Shown here in pieces: positions 1-10,886 of a stretch of 64,000 bases of DNA. Made by a program: the position numbers and the translations under genes. Position 1 is the stretch's first letter; each line of letters starts with the position of its first letter. The stretch covers positions 1,920,001 to 1,984,000 of the forward strand of contig OZ219791.1 in the NCBI GenBank assembly GCA_964291215.2, written 5' to 3'. Below the pieces are notes generated by a model, which worked only from the letters and a program-made list of their open reading frames with translations, did no database searches and was not told where the DNA came from. This DNA comes from Alphaproteobacteria bacterium. Its GTDB lineage: Bacteria; Pseudomonadota; Alphaproteobacteria; MPNO01; UBA830.

Positions 1-245
1 CGGTGACTTCGGCGCCGGCAGGACGATCTCCGGGCGCCCAGCGCCCTCAGGCAGCCGGCAAGCTGCAGACGGCCGCGCGCGTCGACAAAGGCAAACTCCT
101 CGCAGACGACCCAGAGCCGACCGGCTGTCGAACTGCTCACAGGACAGCAGCGACGCAATCCGCGCAACTGCTGCCTCGTCCCGCAATGTGCGGCTGATCT
201 GTGACATGGGACACTTATGCCACGCTGAAACACCGTTGTCCAGCT
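1..245 (-). mobile_element. 5' part of a second copy of the DUF4338-IS4 element, cut by the window edge and by IS66 copy 1
   Basis: Near-identical to about 9732-9984; the match ends at GTTGTCCAGCT, where the IS66 end GTATCTACTCACCCC begins. Confidence 0.85.
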
Positions 246-1846
246 GTATCTACTCACCCCTTGTTGGGTTCTGATTCATAGTGCTCGTTGATGATGTCTG
301 CGGCTTTTCCGTCGAGGGCGATCTGGGTGGCGACGAGTGGGTTGTAGCCGAGTGCGGCCATGGAGGTGAGGTAGCTTGAGCCCCGGCACCATGCTTTTGC
401 GTGGAGCATGGTGCGGAAGCAACCGGACACCTTGACCTTTGCCATCCTGATCTTCTGTTCTCCGGCATTGTTGGTGAAGCTGACGTTGGGGTCGTCTGTG
501 AAGCGCAGGTTTTCGTGTTTCACGAGACGTTCGTGCAGGTTGTGCGCGTCGGACTTGCGTCCACGTTTTCCTTTCGTCGGGATGTCGGGCAGTTCCCTGG
601 CGCCCTGATGGTGCGGTAGCGCTTGCGCACGGCCCGGCGTCGTTCAGGGTCTTGGATGCGCTCTTGTTGACCTTGTGGCAGACCTCGCGGAGCAGGCTCT
701 TCATCAGTCGCGCTCAGCGGTAGCTTCGACGACAAAGGTCAGTTCGCGCAGCAGGTAGCTACCGCACAGCTGGTGGCTACACTGGCCCATGTACGAGGCC
801 CAGGACGCCCTTGTAGCACGGGCCGATCTCTTGCCTCCCGGCCGCGTTTGCGGTGCGGGAACTTGCACGTCAGGGTTCCACGACATGGAGCCACTTGCTG
901 TTGATCCGAAATCGTCGACATCGGGCGTTGCAGGAGGTGCGCCACGGCGGCCTCCTCCCATGACGCATCGTGAAAGCATAGCCGAGGCCTCGAAGAGCTT
1001 GATGCCGGAGATTGCCTGCACGAGCGCGACGGCGCAGGGACAGCATCTGGGCAACCAGCAGGTTGATGACGAGGGCCTGGATGCCGATGCCGTACTGCAC
1101 GGGATGTTTTCGGGGAACCGGCCCCGGGCCTTGCACTTCGGGCATTCCTCGGCGTTGACGCGGCGCTCGACGACCTCGAACACGATGTCGTGCGGCGCTC
1201 CCGATCGACGGGGCCGTCGATGTCGGCGCCGCAGGCGTCGCAGGCCGCGACCGTCTCCTCGACGATGATCTTGCGCAGGTTGTCGCCCATCTGCCGGTTC
1301 GGCTTCGGGCCGTTGCTCCCGGCACGCTCTCGTCCTTGTCCGTCTGTGACGGCGGCAGACCGGAGTTCCGGCTCGTGCGTGGTCTTCTCCAGAAGGACGA
1401 CGATGAGGATGACGAGCAGGATGACGAGGACGCGGATCACGGCATCTTCCGCCACCTTGCCGGCAGCGCCGCGGTCTTGGCCGCTTCGAACTCCTCGCGC
1501 GCCGCGTTGACCGTCGCCATCACCCGGCCTCGACGGTCATGATCGTTGCGAGCATCGCCTGGCGCTCGCTCGGCGGCATCTTCCGGTACTCCGCCGCCCG
1601 GCCTCGCGCTTCATCAGCGCGCCGCTTCCGAGATGCGTTTCCACATACAGATCATGCGGGGGCTGGAGCCCCGGAAGCAGCTGGCACAGCCCGCTCGTCG
1701 CCTTCGATCCAAAGTAGCCCACTGGCGGTCCCCGTCGTTCTCGATAACCACCACTAAACGAATCGGCCTGCAGTGTCAAATCTCCATGAAAACCCGTTCG
1801 TTACTCTACCCCGACATCAAGCCGGAACCAGGGGGTGAGCAGTTAC
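246..1846 (-). mobile_element. IS66-family element (single-transposase, ISBst12-like) copy 1, degenerate, with methyltransferase remnant
   Basis: Terminal inverted repeats GTATCTACTCACCCC / GTAACTGCTCACCCC. Frameshifted transposase fragments FTNNAGEQKIRMAKVKVSGCFRT, LCGSYLLREL, ACDACG, ECPKC. Flanks differ (GTCCAGCT vs CATGGAGG). Confidence 0.9.
1520..1722 (-). pseudogene. Internally deleted Dam-like DNA adenine methyltransferase passenger gene (also 3139-3341, 5398-5550, 18007-18135)
   Basis: N-terminus (M)GYFGSKATSGLCQ..QPPHDLYVETHLGSGALMKR resembles Dam/D12-class motifs X-I. It is joined directly to a C-terminal YRKMPP.ERQAMLATIMTVEAG*; no DPPY core remains. Its stop overlaps the transposase ATG. 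Confidence 0.7.
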
Positions 1847-1854
1847 CATGGAGG

Positions 1855-3465
1855 GTATCTACTCACCCCTTGTTGGGTTCTGATTGGCCATAGTGCTCGT
1901 TGATGATGTCTGCGGCTTTTCCGTCGAGGGCCATCTGGGTGGCGACGAGTGGGTTGTAGCCGAGTGCGGCCATGGAGGTGAGGTAGCTTGAGCCCCGGCA
2001 CCATGCTTTTGCGTGGAGCATGGTGCGGAAGCATCCGGACACCTTGACCTTTGCCATCCTGATTTTCTGTTCTCCGGCATTGTTGGTGAAGCTGACGTTG
2101 GGGTCGTCTGTGAAGCGCAGGACTGACTTTTCGTGTTTCACGAGACGTTCGTGCAGGTTGTGCGCGTCGGACTTGCGTCCACGTTTTCCTTTCGGCGTCG
2201 GGATATCGGGCAGTTCCCTGGCACCCTGATGGTGCGGTAGCGCTTGCGCACGGCCCGGCGTCGTTCAGGGTCTTGGATGCGCTCTTGTTGACCTTGTGGC
2301 AGACCTCGCGGAGCAGGCTCTTCATCAGTCGCGCGGTAGCCTCGACGACAAAGGTCAGTTCGCGCAGCAGGTGGCTGCCGCACAGCTGGTGGCTACACTG
2401 GCCCATGTACGAGGCTCAGGACGCCCTTGTAGCACGGGCCGATCTCTTGCCTCCCGGCCGCGCTTGCGGTGCGGGAACTTGCACGTCAGGGTCCCACGAC
2501 ATGGAGCCACTTACTGTTGATCCGAAATCGTCGACATCGGGCGTTGCAGGAGGTGCGCCACGGCAGCCTCCTCCCATGACGCATCGTGAAAGCATAGCCG
2601 AGGCCTCGGAGAGCTTGATGCCGGAGATCGCCTGCACGAACGCGACGGCACGGCGCAGGGACAGCATCTGGCGACCAGCAGGTTGATGACGAGGGCCTGG
2701 ATGCCGATGCCGTACTGCACGGGATGTTGTCGGGGAACCGGCCCCGGGCCTTGCACTTCGGGCATTCCTTGATCTCGGCGCGGCGCTCGACGACCTCGAA
2801 CACGATGTCGTGCGGCGCTCCCGATCGACGGGGCCGTCGATGTCGGTGCCGCAGGCGTCGCAGGCCGCGACCGTTTCCTCGACGATGGTCTTGCGCAGGT
2901 TGTCGCCCATCTGCCGGTTCGGCTTCGGGCCGTTGCTCCCGGCACGCTCTTGTCCGTCTGTGACGGCGGCAGACCGGAGTTCCGGCTCGTTTTGCGCGTG
3001 GTCTTCTCCAGAAGGACGACGATGAGGATGTCGAGCAGGATGACGAGGACGCGGATGACGGCCTCTTCCGCCACCTTGCCGGCAGCGCCGCGGTCTTGGC
3101 CGCTTCGAACTCCTCGCGCGCCGCGTTGACCGTCGCCATCACCCGGCCTCGACGGTCATGATCGTTGCGAGCATCGCCTAGCGCTCGCTCGGCGGCCTCT
3201 TCCGGTACTCCGCCGCCCGGCCTTGCGCTTCATCAGCGCGCCGCCTCCCGGATGCGTTTCCACATACAGATCATGCGGAGGCTGGAGCCCCGGAAGCAGC
3301 TGGCACAGCCCGCTCGTCGCCTTCGATCCAAAGTAGCCCACTGGCGGTCCTCGTCGTTCTCGATTACCACCACTAAATGAATCGGCCTGCAATGTCAAAT
3401 TTCCACGTAAACCCGTTCGTTACTCTACCCCGACATCAAGCCGGAACCAAGGGGTGAGCAGTTAC
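1855..3465 (-). mobile_element. IS66-family element copy 2, degenerate
   Basis: Same terminal repeats; perfect 8-bp duplication CATGGAGG at 1847-1854 and 3466-3473. Confidence 0.92.
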
Positions 3466-4603
3466 CATGGAGGAAGCGAATGGAGCTGCGACACACTACG
3501 ACGATTGAGGCCGTTTTGGAACATCTGATCGCAAACGGAGCAACGGATCTGGGACGGGTCTTTGGCCAGCTCTTCGAGCTTGCGATGCAAATCGAGCGCG
3601 AACAGTACTTGAAAGCGGGCCACCGGAGCGACAGGGCTATGCCAACGGCTACAAGCGGATCGACACCCCCACTGTTGCCGTTCAGGTGCCAAAGACGGCC
3701 GGTCACGGGGACGATCCGTTCTATCCCCAGTCGCTTGAACGCGGCCAGCGATCTTCTCGCGCCGTCATGCTGGCCGTAGCCGAGATGTACATCAAGGGTG
3801 TTTCCACGCGGCAGGATGTAATGCGCGAGTTCGGGAGCCTGTCCTCTTCTCAGGTCAGCCGGGCTACTAGGTTGCTCGACGAAGAACTCGCCGCGCAACC
3901 GGCCCCTTGGGCTGATGAAATACCTGATCCTGGATGCGCACTACGAAAAAGCCCGCCATGACGGCGTTGTGCGCGATGTCGCAGTGCTCTCGGCCATCGG
4001 AATAGGGGCTGCAGGCACGTTCTGGGGCTCTCTGTGGCGCTCTCCGAGGCCGAGGTCCATTGGAGAGCCTTCCTGGAAAGCTTGCTAGCCCTGCATGGTA
4101 CGACCTTCATCGTCTCGGATGCCGGGCTGAAAGCGGCACGACGCGCGGTGCTGGGCGCGGCGATGTGGCAGCGCTGCCAGTTCCACTTGGCACAAAACGC
4201 CGTGCAGCACGCACCGAACAACGACATCAGGAAACGTATTGGAAAACAGCTCGGAGCCATGCGTCCTCACTCCAAACCGCCGAGGCTGAACTGGGCGCCC
4301 TCGTGGCCAGCTATCGCGACAAGCATCCAGGCTTCCTGGCTGGAAAACAATGCGGGGCTCGCTGTCTTCACCTTGCCCGATGCTCACCGCAAGCGCATGC
4401 GAACCTCGAACGGCATCGAGCGACCGATCCAGCAAGAGCTCAAGCGGCGCACCTCCAAAGTCAGGGTCTTTCCGAACCTCGCCTCGTTGGAGCGCCTCTC
4501 AACCGTGGTCCTCATCGACGAAAAATGGGAAACCGAAACCAAGATCAAATGGGAACAGCTCGATCAGCTTCACGACAATTTCCAGACATCAGGTTGCGTA
4601 ATC
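3466..4603 (+). mobile_element. IS256-family element copy A, degenerate, left end missing
   Basis: Fragments EMYIKGVSTR, WQRCQFHL and RMRTSNGIERPIQQELKRRT in shifting frames; right end ...TTTCCAGACATCAGGTTGCGTAATC. Confidence 0.9.
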
Positions 4604-5273
4604 GGCGGCCATGAAGCCAAACCGCCAGGTTACGGCTCACCAGTCCGGGGCGTGCTTGAGATACGACCGAGACGAAGGCTCATTCCGGCCAGTCTCGAGA
4701 GCTCGTGCATGAGGCCGAAGAACATCCCGATCAGGACGCTGACATCAGGTAGGGAAAAACTGCGGGATCGAGTAATTCTTCGAAACCGTGTCCCCGACGG
4801 TGAAGATATCGACCATCGCGGGATCGCAGATCCCTTTCCGCTGCTATCCAGGGACAAGCGGCCCTGTGGCGGCAGCGAGGCTGCAGCAGTGCCCGGATGT
4901 CTCTTGGCCCCCGGATCGGTGTGCAATGACTGCGCGGGATGTGATCGGAGGAGTGCGTGACGGGATCACCCGTCTTATCGACATCAAAGTCGGGATCAGG
5001 ATCGCGCTCGCCGGCCGGCGTAAAGACGCGACCCCGCAGCGCGTCGTTCCCGCGCTCCCGTCACGCCTCCGCAATCACCCGCCAGATCGGCTGCGCCCGT
5101 CCCATATCTCGAGTTTGCGTCGGCTCGCGGCCGCCCAAAGGATCATTTTGTTGCGGTCAGGGCTGTGGGTCCCGGAAGCGGCCTTTTCGAGGCGTTTCGA
5201 GCTCGTCAAGATTACGCAACCTGATGTCTGGAAATTGTCGTGAAGCTCTCAGTCATTGAGCTGTTCCCATTTG

Positions 5274-6882
5274 GTAACTGCTCACCCCCTGGTTCCGGCT
5301 TGATGTCGGGGTAGAGCAACGAACGGGTTTTCGTGGAGATTTGACACTGCAGGCCGATTCGTTTAGTGGTGGTTATCGAGAACGACGGGGACCGGCAGTG
5401 AGCTACTTTGGATCGAAGGCGACGAGCGGGCTGTGCCATCGGAGGCGGCGCGCTGATGAAGCGCAAGGTCGGGCAGCGGAGTACCGGAAGATGCCGCCGG
5501 GCGAGCGCCAGGCGATGCTCGCGACGATCATGACCGTCGAGGCCGGGTGATGGCGACGGTCAACGCGGCGCGCGAGGAGTTCGAAGCGGCCAAGACCGCG
5601 GCGCTGCGTGCGGCCGGCAAGGTGCCGAAAGAGGCCGTGATCCGCGTCTTCGTCATCCTGCTCGACATCCTCATCGTCGTCCTTCTGGAGAAGACCACGC
5701 GCAAAACGAGCCGGAACTCCGGTCTGCCGCCGTCACAGACGGACAAGGACGAGAGCGTGCCGGGAGCAACGGCAAGGGCCCGAAGCCGAACCGGCAGATG
5801 GGCGACAACCTGCGTAAGACCATCGTCGAAGAGACGGTCGCGGTCGATGCCTGCGACGCCTGCGGCGCCGACATCGACGGCCCCGTCGATCGGGAGCGCC
5901 GCACGACATCGTGTTCGAGGTCGTCGAGCGCCGCGCCGAGATCAAGGAATGCCCGAAGTGCAAGGCCCGGTTCCCCGACAACATCCCGTGCAGTACGGCA
6001 TCGGCATCCAAGCCCTCGTCTCCCCCCAACCTGCTGGTCGCCCAGATGCTGTCCCTGCGCCGTGCCGTCGCGTTCGTGCAGGCGATCTCCGGCATCAAGC
6101 TCTCCGAGGCCTCGGCTATGCTTTCACGATGCGTCATGGGAGGAGGCCGCCGTGGCGCACCTCCTGCAACGCCCAACCCTGCATGTCGACGAGACCGGAT
6201 TTCGGATCAACGGCAAGTGGCTTCATGTCGTGGGACCCTGACGTGCAAGTTCCCGCACCGCAAGCGCGGCCGGGAGGCAAGAGATCGGCATCATCCCGTG
6301 CTACAAGGGCGTCCTGACTGCTGGGCCTCGTACATGGGCTATGACCAGTGTAGCCACCAGCTGTGCGGTAGCCACCTACTGCGCGAACTGACCTTTGTCG
6401 TCGAGGCTACCGCGCGACTGATGAAGAGCCTGCTCCCTGCCACAAGATCAACAAGAGCGCATCCAAAACCCTGAACGGGGCCGACCGCCGGGCCGTGCAC
6501 AAGCGCTACCGCACCATCCTCACTCAGGGTGCCAGGGAACTGCCCGACATCCCGACGAAAGGAAAACGTGGACGCATAGCAAACGCGCACAACCTGCACG
6601 AACGTCTCGTGAAACACGAAAACCTGCGCTTCATAGACGACCCCGATGTCAGCTTCACCAACAATGCCGGAGAACAGAAGATCAGGATGGCAAAGGTCAA
6701 GGTGTCCGGATGCTTCCGCTCCACGCAAAAGCATGGTGCCGGGGCTCAAGCTACCTCACCTCCATGGCCGCACTCGGCTACAATCATCACGTCGCCACCC
6801 AGATCGCCCTCGACGGAAAAGCCGCAGACATCATCAACGAGCACCACGACCAATCAGAACCCAACTAGGGGTGAGTAGATAC
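5274..6882 (+). mobile_element. IS66-family element copy 3, degenerate
   Basis: Both terminal repeats present; perfect 8-bp duplication CCCATTTG at 5266-5273 and 6883-6890. Retains LHVDETGFRING and KTSRNSGLPPSQ. Confidence 0.92.
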
Positions 6883-8010
6883 CCCATTTGATGTATGCCT
6901 TGGTTTCGGTTTCCCATTTTTCGTCGATGAGGACCGCGGTTGAGAGGCGCTCCAACGAGGCGAGGTTTGGAAAGACCCTGACTTTGGAGGTGCGCCGCTT
7001 GAGCTCTTGCTGGATCGGTCGCTCGATACCGTTCGAGGTTCGCATGCGCTTGCGGTGAGCATCGGGCAAGGTGAAGACAGCGAGCCCCGCATTGTTTTCC
7101 AGCCAGGAAGCCTGGATGCTTGTCGCGATAGCTGGCCACGAGGGCGCCCAGTTCAGCCTCGGCGGTTTGGAGTGAGGACGCATGGCTCCGAGCTGTTTTC
7201 CAATACGTTTCCTGATGTCATTGTTCGGTGCACGGCGTTTTGTGCCAAGTGGAACTGGCAGTGCTGCCACATCGCCGCGCCCAGCACCGTGCCGCTTTCA
7301 GCCCGGCATCCGAGACGATGAAGGTCGTACCATGCAGGGCTAGCAAGCTTTCCAGGAAGGCTCTCCAATGGACCTCGGCCTCGGAGAGCGCCACAGAGAG
7401 CCCCAGAACGTGCCTGCAGCCCCTATTCCGATGGCCGAGAGCACTGCAACATCGCGCACAACGCCGTCATGGCGGGCTTTTTCGTAGCGCGCATCCAGGA
7501 TCAGGTATTTCATCAGGGGCCGGTTGCGCGGCGAGTTCTTCATCGAGCAACCTGGTGGCCCGGCTGACCTGAGAAGAGGACAGGCTCCCGAACTCGCGCA
7601 TTACATCCTGCCGCGTGGAAACACCCTTGATGTACATCTCGGCTACGGCGCGAGAAGATCGCTGGCCGCGTTCAAGCGACTGGGGATAGAACGGATCGTC
7701 CCCGTGACCGGCCGTCTTTGGCACCTGAACGGTAACAGTGGGGGTGTCGATCCGCTTGTAGCCGTTGGCATAGCCCTGTCGTTCCGGTGTCCGGTGGCCC
7801 GCTTTCAAGTGCTGCTCGCGCTCGATTTGCATCGCAAGCTCGAAGAGCTGACCAAAGATCCGCCCCAGATCCGTTGCTCCGTTTGCGATCAGATGTTCCA
7901 AAACGGCCTCAATCGTCGTAGTGTGTCGCAGGTCCATTCGCTTCCTCCATGAATGTTTTACAACTCCATGGGATAGCACGATGGCGCTGCGTTTCACTGG
8001 GGGGCTAGCC

Positions 8011-10005
8011 CTGCCGTGTCATGACAAATCTGGTTGACAATGGTTTACGTGTTCACGCGTGTCTTTGTCCATCCCGGAACCCGATTTCCCGGCCGATTTG
8101 GTGACCCAGTGCGGCGCTGGTGTGTCTGGCCACATGATCTGGTGACCCGGGCGTGCTGCGGTAGCCGCCGAGATGGGCGACCAGGTGCACCGCATCGGCG
8201 AGACGCTCCGGTTCCTTCAGGGCGTACTTGTGTGCGTAGTCGCGCAGGAAGGCGAGTTCGCTGTCGGTGAACATCAGCTGCGGCTCGCACCTGGCGGCCG
8301 AGCAGGGTCATGACCATGATGCGCGATGACGGCGTTGATCGCCCGCTGCAGGCGGTGCGGAACAGCAGGTGTTCCACCCTGCATCCGGATTTGAGCACGT
8401 AATCCTCGATTCGCCAGCGCTGAAGGTAGAAGCCGACGATGTCGGCCGCCTCCTTCGCCAACCCGCACGGTGGTCAGCAGGCACCGGGATCCTCACCCTC
8501 GGGCGCTCCCTGACCCCGTGCAGGGACACCGGCTTCGCGCTGGGGGCGGTGCCCGTCACGGGCAGCGTGACGGACCGCAACTCGCCAGGCGCTTCTGTCG
8601 CGCGAGCCTTCTTCCGGCTGGCTTGCTCCGTCAGTCCCTCGATCTCAATCAGGCCGCCGGCCATGACGGCGAACAGCCTTCCCTCCTTCAGCACCCTGTC
8701 ATGCTTGGCGCGCAGATCGACGCGGGGCAAGCGCGTGTCGAACAGCTCGAAGATGTCGGCTTCCCGACGGAGATGACGCGCGTCTTGCCGCCGGGGTGGC
8801 AGCGCCTTGAACCCCTCGAGCTGCGGCGTGTCTCCTGCGACCGGGGCTTCACCGGACCCAGCACCCCGAGTGGCAGGTCAGTCACCGCCAGGGTCGCGTG
8901 CAGGCTTGAGGCCCCGGTCTGGTTCTCACCTGCAGGCCGTCGCAGCCGGGAGAAGTTCAGGTCCGTGCCGCAAGAACCGTCTTCTGGCCACGGATGCGCC
9001 GGATGCTGCCGGTGCGGCGCAAGAATGTTCGCCGGCGTGATCTCCGATTCGACGGGCGACCATCCGGTAAAACGCATTGATCGCGGTGTTGTCGGCGCTG
9101 GGAGACGCATTGATCTTCTGACCGGCCGCCAGAAGGCCGGCGCTCCAGGCGCGCAGAAAGTCGCTTGTCACCCCCCTCCAAACTCGTTCTGCGCCCAGTC
9201 GTTCAGACCTTCGCCCGGCGAGGGCGCATGATCGACCTCCCCAGCTTCCTGCGCGCTCCAGTTCGGCCACGAAGACCGTCTTCACCGTCTCCCAGTCCTG
9301 CCGGCCTTCGGTCCTGCACAGGAAGTTGGCCGCGCGCAGGCAGGGTAACCTTCATCGGCAAAACTGAGCCATGGTCGAAACGGTCCTCGAAGTCACGCGG
9401 CGCAGGATGCGCACATGGCTGGCTAGATGCGGGCAGAGCACCTGATCAAGAAACGGCTCAGACAGACGATCCGCTGCAGGTGGTTCCGGCGCTGCCCGTC
9501 GTTCCATCCAGCGGTCCCGCGCCGCGCAGCGGCGGCAAACCCCGCCACCCGTGCGCCGAGCCCACGAGATATTGGCAGCCGGCGAAGGTCGTCGCGGGTG
9601 TTCACGCGCAATCAGCGTGACCGCTCGGTCAATACGATCCCCGACCACGATGATCTCGAGATCCCGAATGCGCGCGCCGGAACCTCTGCAGCGATATCAT
9701 CCACCAACAGGCGAGGCCGGCGGTCGATTGTCGGTGACTTCGGCACCGGCAGGACGATCTCCGGGCGCCCTCAGCGCCTTCATGCAGCCGGCAAGCTGCA
9801 GACGGCCGCGCGCGTCGACAAAGGCAAACTCCTCGCAGACGACCCAGAGCCGACCGGCTGTCGAACTGCTCACAGGACAGCAGCGACGCGATCCGCGCAA
9901 CTGCTGCCTCGTCCCGCAATGTGCGGCTGATCTGAGACTGTGACATGGGACACTTATGCCACGCCGAAACACCGTTGTCCAGCTAAAATTTCCGTGACAT
10001 GCGAG
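8011..10005 (-). mobile_element. IS4-family (IS50/Tn5-like) element with N-terminal DUF4338-like region, degenerate
   Basis: YLQRWRIEDY-VLKSGCRVE matches the IS4 YREK motif. GWNDGQRRNHLQRIVCLSRFLIR is DUF4338-like. Ends CTGCCGTGTCATG / CTCGCATGTCACG; direct repeat (G)GGCTAGCC(C) on both sides. Confidence 0.82.
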
Positions 10006-10231
10006 GGCTAGCCCCCCCCCCCCAGTGAAACGCCTCAAAGCGCAAACCTCAGACAAATTTCCAGACATCAAGTTACAGTACCCTCGTCGTCCCAATGGCG
10101 CTTTCGGATCCTGCCGGCACGGGCGAGACCGTTTTTCCGGCTCGCCGGACAACAAAAAGAATCCTGTGTCCACTCGACAATTGAAAGGACTTGGCCGATT
10201 ATCGGCACACCATCTGGCTCAGGAGGCTTAC

Positions 10232-10885
10232 ATGGCTACAACCCTGCGCGAACGCTACGTTCCCAAGAGTGTGAACCCGATGCGGATGGATCGGCCCGGC
10301 ACCGTCACGTCGATGCCGTCGCCGAACCGGATGCACCACCTGCACATCTTTTCCGATGAGAACTACGACGCGATGGTCACGTTCTACCAGCGGCTGTTCA
10401 ACGCCGAGATCGTCGCCGTCAACGAGGAGATGGGGCCGCCGCTGACCTTTCTAACCTATGATGATCACGACCACCGGGTCGTCATCATCAAGAAGCCGGG
10501 CTGGGGCGCCAAGCCCGAAAACAAGGTTGGCGTTTCTCATCTCGCGTTCTGCTATGCGAGCTTGGGCGAGTTGATCTACGTCTACAAGCGGATGAAGGAG
10601 TGGGGCTACCCGCCGCCCCATTGGACCGTGAACCACGGCAATTCGACCTCGTTCTATTACACGGATCCCGACGGCAACGAGGTTGAGACCATGCTCGACA
10701 ACTACTCCACCCTCGATACCCAGACCTACAAGCGCTACTACCAGTTCACCGAGGAGTTCGGGCCCATGAGGGAAGGGAATTTCGACCCCGACAAGATGGT
10801 CGAACTTTACGAGTCGGGCGTACCGGAATCCATTCTTCTGGACCGCGAGGAAGTCCGCCGCATGGTCCGCGAAGGAACCCTCTGA
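10232..10885 (+). CDS. VOC/glyoxalase family protein (extradiol dioxygenase-like)
   Basis: AGGAGG RBS before ATG 10232; motifs MHHLH, DDHDHRV, VSHLAF, VNHGNSTSFYYTDPDGNEVE. Confidence 0.85.
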   Translation: MATTLRERYVPKSVNPMRMDRPGTVTSMPSPNRMHHLHIFSDENYDAMVTFYQRLFNAEIVAVNEEMGPPLTFLTYDDHDHRVVIIKKPGWGAKPENKVGVSHLAFCYASLGELIYVYKRMKEWGYPPPHWTVNHGNSTSFYYTDPDGNEVETMLDNYSTLDTQTYKRYYQFTEEFGPMREGNFDPDKMVELYESGVPESILLDREEVRRMVREGTL

Positions 10886-10886
10886 C

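Larger units (their letters stand above)
5210..10082 (-). mobile_element. IS256-family element copy B, degenerate, interrupted by nested IS66 and IS4 elements
   Basis: Terminal repeats GATTACGCAACCTGATGTCTGGAAATT / GGTACTGTAACTTGATGTCTGGAAATT. Flanks CTCGTCAA / CTCGTCGT (6/8 match, probable eroded duplication). Transposase remnant at about 6890-7937 matches copy A. Confidence 0.85.

Noticed and set aside
4034-4960. 308-aa ORF as a real protein
   Set aside because: It is a chance read-through of frameshifted IS256 fragments past the IS end.
10012-10023. C12 tract as a phase-variation switch
   Set aside because: It lies in a hairpin arm inside a dead IS256 leader and has no evident gene to control.
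246-10082. IS frameshifts as simple long-read homopolymer errors
   Set aside because: The deletions are multi-base, outside homopolymers and identical between copies, and neighbouring genes are clean. Chimeric assembly of repeats is not fully excluded.
3466-10082. Composite transposon formed by the inverted IS256 copies
   Set aside because: Copy B has its own probable target duplication, copy A lacks its outer end, and there is no intact cargo.
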